NCBI RefSeq assembly: GCF_003231495.1
Contig: NZ_PQWO01000006.1
Span: 210,001 to 242,000, forward strand
Direction: 5' to 3'
Source: Acaryochloris thomasi RCC1774
GTDB taxonomy: Bacteria > Cyanobacteriota > Cyanobacteriia > Thermosynechococcales > Thermosynechococcaceae
DNA length: 32,000 nucleotides
Every line of letters starts with the position of its first letter. Within the stretch, counting starts at the first letter, position 1. A program made the translations under genes and the position numbers. This document shows positions 25,978 to 32,000 of this stretch, piece by piece. The notes under the pieces were generated by a model. It made no database searches. It was not told where the DNA came from and worked only from the letters and a program-made list of their open reading frames with translations.

Positions 25978-26255
25978 TGTCTCCTCAGCAGAAAATGCGT
26001 ATAAATTGTCGAATGAGTTCTCAGCCTTCTTGGATATTGCAAGCAGCGGTCGTTTCCGCTCAAAGGTGGGTACTGCAAAAGACTGCTATCAGAATTTTGG
26101 ATTGATCCATGACGGATAAATCATGGTTGAGTTGTGTTTAAGCACTGTCTTGTACGTTGTTTTGCTCATACCAACTGGCGCTATCTCAGACAAGCTGTCG
26201 GCCTTGTTTTTTTGCTGATGCTGAATCCGAAGATACTCTTCCATCAAGTTGATTT

Positions 26256-27248
26256 TTAGCCAGTTGGGGGAGTCTTGCGCATACTGCGCGCTTCACCGCG
26301 CCAGCCTGTTTCATGGAGCCACTTTCGAAATGACTTGAGGCCCGGATGTAGTTTTCGTAGCGCTTCGAAATTACGCTGCTCGAAGAAGCCGTCTCGATAG
26401 ATCAGCATGTTGTTCAGGGGGTCGTGAGCGTTCGGCAGGCCCGAATTGAGAAACTCCTGTTCGGTCATCGGCTGGTATACAGCGGGGATTCCAGTGACCT
26501 CTTCGAACGTACTGACAATCTCATGCATCGTGGCTTCTTCTGATGCAATTCGCAGCGTTCGTCCCCCCCAAGTTTGACGATCATCCACCATCATGCGGGC
26601 AAAGTAGCCAATATCTTCTAATGCAACCATCTGCCAGATGCCGCTTCCGATGATGGGACCACGGAAAATCTTTCCTACACGAGCATTGGGCAATTCTCCA
26701 TCTTCGGGAGTAAAAAAGTCATAGAAGTTTTCGATATACGGACAGGTCACCAGCACGCTGACATGATTGCTGAACCAACCATCGTCAACCTGCCGCATGA
26801 ATTCATCAGAGCGGCGGTAATCAATGTCGGCCTCGATGGATGCTTTAGCATCGTAATGCGGGACGCAGCATCGACCACCAGATAAGCGACTTGCCGGGTC
26901 GAGCGATGAGTAGATGAAGTGATTGACTCCGGCCTGGCGAGCCGCTTCAATTGCGACGTGGGCATGAGCCCGCTCACCATCAACGCTGCCCGATGCGAAA
27001 AATGCGGTGTTGCAAAAGACAGTATCGATATCCTCCATCGCAGCTTTTACACTCGATTCATCATCGAGATCGCCCTCAATCAGTTCGATACGCTGCGGAT
27101 CTAATTTTCCAAGCTGTTTCGCGTAATCGCTCGAAGGATTCCGAGTCATCGCCAATATACGGCAGTCTCGCGATTGATCCGCAACTAGTGCGCGGATGAC
27201 AGACGATCCCATCGCTCCTGTTGAGCCGATGACTAGAATTCGTTGCAT
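26256..27248 (-). CDS. NmrA-family NAD(P)-binding protein
   Basis: MQRILVIGSTGAMGSSVIRAL glycine-rich motif, 330 aa. It is divergent from a LysR regulator. Confidence 0.8.
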   Translation of the reverse strand: MQRILVIGSTGAMGSSVIRALVADQSRDCRILAMTRNPSSDYAKQLGKLDPQRIELIEGDLDDESSVKAAMEDIDTVFCNTAFFASGSVDGERAHAHVAIEAARQAGVNHFIYSSLDPASRLSGGRCCVPHYDAKASIEADIDYRRSDEFMRQVDDGWFSNHVSVLVTCPYIENFYDFFTPEDGELPNARVGKIFRGPIIGSGIWQMVALEDIGYFARMMVDDRQTWGGRTLRIASEEATMHEIVSTFEEVTGIPAVYQPMTEQEFLNSGLPNAHDPLNNMLIYRDGFFEQRNFEALRKLHPGLKSFRKWLHETGWRGEARSMRKTPPTG

Positions 27249-27570
27249 GGTTCCTTGCTCTGCCTATCGTTGATATTTAAAACGGGTCTTGTTGCCCCGC
27301 CATTCACGAGAATACGCTCGCCGTCATACTCATCTGGTCGACTATCTATTGAGCTCTGTCAGGACTATGGACATGGTCAACGATGACTGTTGCACCATCT
27401 TTTCCTAAACGCTCAGTAATTCTTCACTCGCCCTTCCTCTGCACTGTTTCGTTCGCAGAAGATTGGAGACAAGTGTTGATCTGCCAATCGGTGCTGTCCT
27501 GAAACAATACTTGGATAGACGCTTGCTTCACTGCTCTCGTCTTACTAATTACCAAAGCTGCTGTGGTGTT

Positions 27571-27582
27571 TGACACTTGTCA
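27571..27582. promoter_or_regulatory. 12-bp palindrome TGACActTGTCA in the NmrA/LysR divergent intergenic region (candidate operator)
   Basis: Read directly from the sequence. A second copy (TGACAccTGTCA) lies at 28678-28689, just downstream of the LysR gene. Confidence 0.25.
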
Positions 27583-27695
27583 CAGACCTCTCCAAAATCG
27601 TAAATCTCTTGAATACAGTGGTTTTTCTGCGTTGCTACATCTCAACTATAAAAAGGCTGTATCATAATGTCTAATTCATGATTATTATGATTGTT

Positions 27696-28622
27696 ATGAA
27701 TTCAGTGCATAATCAGATCGATCTCAACCTGCTCCATATCTTTGAAGCCGTGATGATGGAGCTAAACGTCAGTCGTGCTGCTGAACGATTGAACATGACC
27801 CAGCCTGCAGTGAGTCACGCGCTCCGGCGACTGCGACGGATTACGAACGATGATTTGTTTTTGAAAGTTCCGAGCGGCGTGAGCCCTACGCCGAAAGCCT
27901 TAGAACTCTGGGAGCCGATTCGTGAGGGATTGATCCATATTCGACAGGCACTCTCGCCCCCTGCGTTTGAACCGGCTGCGTCTACTCAAACATTTACGCT
28001 GGCTGCGGCTGACTATACGGTGGCTCTCTTTTTACCAAAACTGCTGCCGATTCTGGCCCAAACCGCACCCCAAATTAATATCCGCATCGTCCCTAACACC
28101 AATATCAATGCAGCAAAGCTCCTCGAACAGTCTGAAATTGATCTGGCGATAGGCCGGTTTTATCGCTCGACTCTTCGGCTCAGAGTACAGGAGGTGATGT
28201 GCGATCGCTATGTCTGTATCATGCGCAAAGACCATCCCCTAGCCCGCAAAAAACTGACTCTCAAGCAATATATTAAGGTCAATCATATCCTCGTGACCCT
28301 GACGGGAGAAGCAACAGGCTTTATTGATGAGCAGTTAAGAGAAATAGATTTGAGCCGCCGCATCGCTCTGACGGTGAACCAATTCACGCTGGTGCCAGAA
28401 CTAGTCGCAGGCTCTGACCTGATCTCTGCGATGCCTTCACGCATGGTAGAACGGAGTCCCTTTCAAGCAAACTTGCACATTACAGAGCTACCGATCAAAA
28501 TTGCACCTGCCTTCCTACAAATAATGTGGCATGAACGCAAACAGATAGATCCAGCCCATGAATGGATGCGAGCTCACCTGATCGCTATTGCCCAAGAGTT
28601 ACCCACAGTCAGTACGCTTTGA
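27696..28622 (+). CDS. LysR-family transcriptional regulator
   Basis: IDLNLLHIFEAVMMELNVSRAAERLNMTQPAVSHALRRLR is a canonical LysR wHTH. The C-terminal part is a substrate-binding domain. The track ORF begins at ATG 27678. ATG 27696 (MNSVHNQIDLNLL) gives the usual N-terminal length. Confidence 0.9.
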   Translation: MNSVHNQIDLNLLHIFEAVMMELNVSRAAERLNMTQPAVSHALRRLRRITNDDLFLKVPSGVSPTPKALELWEPIREGLIHIRQALSPPAFEPAASTQTFTLAAADYTVALFLPKLLPILAQTAPQINIRIVPNTNINAAKLLEQSEIDLAIGRFYRSTLRLRVQEVMCDRYVCIMRKDHPLARKKLTLKQYIKVNHILVTLTGEATGFIDEQLREIDLSRRIALTVNQFTLVPELVAGSDLISAMPSRMVERSPFQANLHITELPIKIAPAFLQIMWHERKQIDPAHEWMRAHLIAIAQELPTVSTL

Positions 28623-28677
28623 GGTATTGAGCTTGCTGTCAGAGAAATCAAAGGCCTTGCGATATTTGCGATAGGTG

Positions 28678-28689
28678 TGACACCTGTCA
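28678..28689. promoter_or_regulatory. 12-bp palindrome TGACAccTGTCA upstream of the methyltransferase (pseudo)gene
   Basis: Same half-sites as 27571-27582, located 139 nt upstream of ATG 28828. Confidence 0.25.
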
Positions 28690-28827
28690 GAATTGAGGTT
28701 GGCAAGATCGCTACGGTATAGACAATTTTTGACTTTGCTCGCTCGTACATGCCAGATTACCTCTATGACTTGGCTCTCTCAACTTGAGTTGAGTTCCTCA
28801 CGCGTGCAGGCTTTGCGTTGAAAGTGT

Positions 28828-29575
28828 ATGGCAACAGTTCAAGATCATTACCAAAATGTTCTATCTGATATCTATTCCTGGATGTTCGGTGGATTTGAGG
28901 CGCAGCTCCCAAAGAATCGAAGCTTTTTTAAGACCCATTCCATACACCCGATGGGGACTGCCGTTGCGATTGACTTGGGTTCAGGATGCGGCTTTCAAAG
29001 TATTCCCTTGGCTGAGAAGGGTTTTGCAGTAACGGCTATCGATTTGGACGAGCACTTGCTTGCACAACTAAAAGCCAACGACACGACAGGAAGGGTGGCG
29101 ACAGTACGTGGCGACAGTACGTGGCGACATGCTTAACTTCACAAGTTACATATCTGCGGTACCGGAGTTGATTGTCTGTATGACGGATACCCTGCTTCAT
29201 CTTGAGTCAAAAGATCAGGTTCGTGAGCTATTCAGTAAGGTATTCAATCATTTAGAAATCCCGGGACGATTTGTGATCACCTTTCGCGACCTTTCAAAAG
29301 AGCTTGAGAGTTTAGATCGATTCATTCCAGTCAAGCAAGATGACAGCAAGATTTTCACCTGTTTCTTGGAGTATGAACCGGAGACAGTAAAAGTGCATGA
29401 TCTGCTCTACAAAAATGTTGATGATCAATGGAGCCTGAATAAGAGCTTCTATCGCAAGCTACGTCTTTCTCCAGATTGGGTTGAAGACAGTCTCATGGCA
29501 ACTGGTTTTGGGAACGTCTCTCTAGAGGTTGAGAACGGTGTTGTAATTGCGATCGCAAAAAAGACCAGGGCATGA
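28828..29575 (+). pseudogene. Class I SAM-dependent methyltransferase disrupted by a +13 frameshift (track ORFs 28828..29136 and 29108..29575 are its two halves)
   Basis: The N-terminal half carries motif I (AIDLGSGCGFQSIPLAEKG) and the acidic beta-2 end (VTAIDLD). The C-terminal half continues with motif-III-like RGDMLNF...LIVCMTDTLLHL. Removing one 13-mer copy gives a continuous 244-aa ORF reading ...TTGRVATVRGDMLNFTSY.... Confidence 0.75.
29095..29129 (+). repeat. Tandem duplication: GTGGCGACAGTAC x2 followed by a partial third copy, GTGGCGACA
   Basis: Read directly from the sequence: 29095-29107 and 29108-29120 are identical 13-mers, and 29121-29129 repeats the first 9 nt. Confidence 0.95.
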
Positions 29576-29598
29576 CGCTCTAGAGAAGCAAAGCTAAA

Positions 29599-30231
29599 CT
29601 AAGCAGCCTTTTTCTGCAGCACCAAACGCACGACGGAGGCTTGCCCATGATGACCTTCTCCTTCGCTCAAGTCTGTTATGGTTTCCGTCAGCTCCAGCAC
29701 CTCTGCGTTTGCAAAATCTTGCCGTAGCAGCTCAGGCGTATAGAGCATTTCTGGGATTTTAGGACCACCGGAATCGTACTGGTGCTGATATTCAATTTGC
29801 TGAGGATTGAATGCTTCGAGGATTAACAGCCCACCAGGCTTGAGCGCACTGAGCATTGCCCAATGAATTTGCGGACGAAGCTCTGGAGACAGATGGAGAT
29901 AGATGGAGATGACCAGATCGTATTGGTCTTGGGGCCACGCCCAGGTGGCGAGATCAACACAGTCCGTTTGCAGTTGAACATTGTGCTGAGTTGCTAACGC
30001 TTTCGCCTTTTTGAGACCCGCTGCCGAGAGATCAACCGATAAGACTCGGAGTCCTTGCTGGGCCAGCCAGACTCCATTACGTCCCTCTCCATCTCCGACG
30101 GCAAGAGCGTTCATTCCTGATTTGAGACGGTGTTGCTGGTGAGTCAGAAATTGATTGGGGGCCGTTCCGTAAATGTAGTTAGAGTCGCCATAGCGATCAT
30201 TCCAAAACTTAGAGGTATGACTGGTAAACAT
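29599..30231 (-). CDS. Class I SAM-dependent methyltransferase (TehB/Methyltransf_25-like)
   Basis: FWNDRY...ALAVGDGEGRNGVWLAQQGLRVLSVDLS (motif I plus the acidic residue) and GGLLILEAF (motif IV region). Confidence 0.8.
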   Translation of the reverse strand: MFTSHTSKFWNDRYGDSNYIYGTAPNQFLTHQQHRLKSGMNALAVGDGEGRNGVWLAQQGLRVLSVDLSAAGLKKAKALATQHNVQLQTDCVDLATWAWPQDQYDLVISIYLHLSPELRPQIHWAMLSALKPGGLLILEAFNPQQIEYQHQYDSGGPKIPEMLYTPELLRQDFANAEVLELTETITDLSEGEGHHGQASVVRLVLQKKAA

Positions 30232-30263
30232 TTTGTTGGTGGCTCAATGCGATATCAACGTTG

Positions 30264-30962
30264 TTAAAACTTCTCAACCCACGGTCGCAGCTCAACCTCC
30301 CAAGTCCAGGCGCTTCTCGGCTGCTGTAAGAGGTGCAGATAGGTGGTTGCGATCGCATCTGGGTCCAAAAAAGCGTCTGGTTGACCGGCTGACTGCGACA
30401 CCCCTGGGTTACCAATGGCACCATCAATAACAAAGTGACCCACATGGATATTCTGCGGTGCCAGCTCACGAGCCATGCTTTGGGCTAAACCCCGGAGCGC
30501 AAACTTACCCATCGCAAAGGGAGCCGAACGTGGATATCCTTTGATGCTAGCTGATGCCCCAGTAAATAATACGGCACCAGGACCTAGCTTCAGCATTCGT
30601 TTGACGGCCTGCTGAGCAACCAAGAACCCACCGTAGGCGGTAACCGCTAGCGCCTGCTCAACGGCTGCTGGATCGAGATCAATCAAAGGTCCTTGGGATC
30701 GAGCGCTGGGATTGTAGACCACAACATCAGGTGTTCCGAGTTGCACCTCGACGGACTCAAACAGGCTAGTGACAGAGGCGGGTTGAGCGGCATCGCAGCT
30801 AAATGTCTGGGCCTTCACTTCATTGGATAAAGCGCTGAGCTTATCAGTATTGCGGGCCGCCAGCCCAATCGATAGTCCGGCTTGGTGAAAAGTACGAGCC
30901 AGAGATGCACTGAGGCCATCACCGGCACCGACAATCAGAGCTGTTTTGTAGGGGATAGACAT
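30264..30962 (-). CDS. Short-chain dehydrogenase/reductase (SDR) family oxidoreductase
   Basis: TALIVGAGDGLSASLARTF cofactor motif, GASASIKGYPRSAPFAMGKFALRGL (S...Y/F-x3-K region), 232 aa. Confidence 0.8.
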   Translation of the reverse strand: MSIPYKTALIVGAGDGLSASLARTFHQAGLSIGLAARNTDKLSALSNEVKAQTFSCDAAQPASVTSLFESVEVQLGTPDVVVYNPSARSQGPLIDLDPAAVEQALAVTAYGGFLVAQQAVKRMLKLGPGAVLFTGASASIKGYPRSAPFAMGKFALRGLAQSMARELAPQNIHVGHFVIDGAIGNPGVSQSAGQPDAFLDPDAIATTYLHLLQQPRSAWTWEVELRPWVEKF

Positions 30963-31005
30963 GCTTTTTTGAAAGATAGAGAACTTACGAATGCCTGAGA
31001 TTGGA

Positions 31006-31746
31006 CTACGCGGTCAGCCCCCCATCAATGTTGAGAGCCGCGCCCGTAATGTATGCAGCACGCGGACTGGCCAGGAAAGTGGCTAGCTCGGCAATATCTT
31101 TGGGTTTACCATAGTGTCCCAGTGCCGTCATTGCGTTGAGTGACTCTGCAAAATCGCCATCGGCAGGATTCATATCAGTATCGATTGGTCCGGGCTGAAT
31201 GGTATTCACCGTAATGCCTTTAGGGCCTAAGTCCCGCGCCCAGCCTTGAGACATTGCGGCTACAGCTCCCTTACTCATGGCATAGAGGGAGCCACCGGCA
31301 AAGGGCATCACGTCTCCATTGACGCTGCCAATATTGATAATTCGTCCCCCGCTCCCCATCTGCTTTACGGCCTCGTTGACTGCCGCGAATACCGCGCGAA
31401 CGTTGACGGCCACCATGCGGTCGAAGTCCTCTAAGGTTGTCTCTCCAACGGGCTTCATTTCAAAGATGCCAGCGTTGTTGACCAAGATATCTAAACCGCC
31501 CAATGTGCTGACGGTTTCATTGACGGCGGCGATGACGCTTTCTGATTGAGCCGCATCCACCTGAATGGCTGTGCCCCGACGGCCAGCTCGTTGGATCTGG
31601 ACGACCGTTTCTTCTGCCGCAGCAGAGGAATGGTGGTATGTAATCGCAACATCAGCCCCCGCCACTGCGAGGTGGGTTGCGATCGCAGCTCCAATCCCGC
31701 GACTCCCTCCGGTAACCAAAGCTTTCTTCCCGTTCAGTTCAGTCAT
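31006..31746 (-). CDS. SDR family oxidoreductase, FabG-like (3-oxoacyl-ACP reductase-like)
   Basis: KKALVTGGSRGIGAAIATHLA (TGxxxGIG), NNAG, and S...YAMSKGAV (catalytic Y-x3-K). AAGGAG lies 7-8 nt upstream of ATG 31746, so the track's longer start (31782) is unlikely. Confidence 0.85.
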   Translation of the reverse strand: MTELNGKKALVTGGSRGIGAAIATHLAVAGADVAITYHHSSAAAEETVVQIQRAGRRGTAIQVDAAQSESVIAAVNETVSTLGGLDILVNNAGIFEMKPVGETTLEDFDRMVAVNVRAVFAAVNEAVKQMGSGGRIINIGSVNGDVMPFAGGSLYAMSKGAVAAMSQGWARDLGPKGITVNTIQPGPIDTDMNPADGDFAESLNAMTALGHYGKPKDIAELATFLASPRAAYITGAALNIDGGLTA

Positions 31747-31873
31747 GAATGGACTCCTTTTGTAGTTGAGGAAAGGGTTCAAATGCAGTTGAAGATGCTT
31801 GAGAAGAGTTTCATACTGTTTGATACAAAACTATTGTGTACCCTACAGTAAAAAAGTCAAGTTCTAATTTACC

Positions 31874-32000
31874 GTGAGCAAAACAGGCAGACCACGAGAA
31901 TTCAGTGTTGATGCAGCTTTAGATAAGGCTGTGGAAGTTTTCTATGTCAAGGGATACGAGGCAGCCACTCTCGACGACTTGACGGCGGCAATGGGTATCC
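31874..32000 (+). CDS. TetR/AcrR-family transcriptional regulator, N-terminal fragment (runs off the window)
   Basis: Manual translation from GTG 31874 gives [42 protein letters not shown], a canonical TetR N-terminal HTH. It is divergent from the SDR gene. Confidence 0.75.
   Translation, partial: MSKTGRPREFSVDAALDKAVEVFYVKGYEAATLDDLTAAMGI

Noticed and set aside
26089-26244. A 51-aa minus-strand ORF (MEEYLRIQHQQKNKADSLSEIAPVGMSKTTYKTVLKHNSTMIYPSWINPKF) starting 12 nt after the NmrA gene stop. It is faintly HTH-like.
   Set aside because: No convincing motif and no SD sequence. It could be a remnant or a chance ORF, and the evidence is too weak to call a gene.
27673-27702. Inverted repeat AATTCAT-N16-ATGAATT overlapping the LysR start codons, considered as an autoregulatory operator.
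   Set aside because: It is AT-rich, sits within a run of ATGATT-like repeats at the start of the ORF, and does not resemble T-N11-A. It is probably fortuitous.
28828-29575. Treating 28828..29136 and 29108..29575 as two genuine small genes.
   Set aside because: Neither half is a complete methyltransferase fold. The two overlap exactly at a 13-bp tandem duplication, and deleting one copy fuses them in frame.
31814-31850. TACTGT...ACAGTA and the partial palindrome GTTTGATACAAAAC (31818-31831) in the SDR/TetR divergent region, considered as a TetR operator.
   Set aside because: The inner palindrome matches at only 10 of 14 positions and the outer arms are 25 nt apart. It is plausible but cannot be supported from the sequence alone.
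1-32000. Search for CRISPR arrays, tRNA/rRNA genes, IS elements or transposases, integrases, toxin-antitoxin pairs and known defence-system genes.
   Set aside because: I found no regularly spaced direct repeats, no cloverleaf-like or rRNA-like segments, no transposase or integrase motifs, and no nuclease, ATPase or helicase ORFs typical of defence systems. Every large ORF has an ordinary metabolic, transport, regulatory or envelope assignment.

Overview
This window looks like a cyanobacterial chromosome segment. By manual scan it carries 20 perfect copies of the HIP1 octamer GCGATCGC, and it contains menD (phylloquinone pathway), ddl, a PrxQ/BCP peroxiredoxin and a 7TM-HDIG (PgpH-like) protein. 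I saw no rRNA, tRNA, CRISPR array, IS element, transposase or phage genes. From left to right the window holds the following. (1) 1-8400 is a same-strand polysaccharide-decoration block: SGNH-like partner, MBOAT, hexapeptide acetyltransferase, sulfotransferase, GT2, AlkP-family enzyme and GT2. A strongly basic secreted protein of unknown function is encoded convergently next to it. (2) 10.2-15.7 kb holds core genes (ddl, pgpH-like, prxQ, a cupin), plus an unannotated 49-aa ORF with its own promoter and a lasso-type RiPP leader motif. (3) 16.7-18.9 kb is an orphan all-repeat RTX protein with large internal duplications, preceded by about 970 bp of non-coding DNA. (4) Next come menD and two AapQ/AapM-type amino-acid ABC permeases. 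(5) 23.3-32 kb is an oxidoreductase and methyltransferase cluster with divergent LysR and TetR regulators. It includes a methyltransferase gene split by a 13-bp tandem duplication. I did not find a clear multi-gene novel system such as a defence island or a complete biosynthetic cluster. The best leads are local: the frameshifting duplication, the orphan RiPP-like ORF, the RTX modular architecture, the sulfation/acetylation locus with its cationic secreted neighbour, and an oddly oriented intrinsic terminator. All functional calls come from motif recognition by eye, and no database search was possible.
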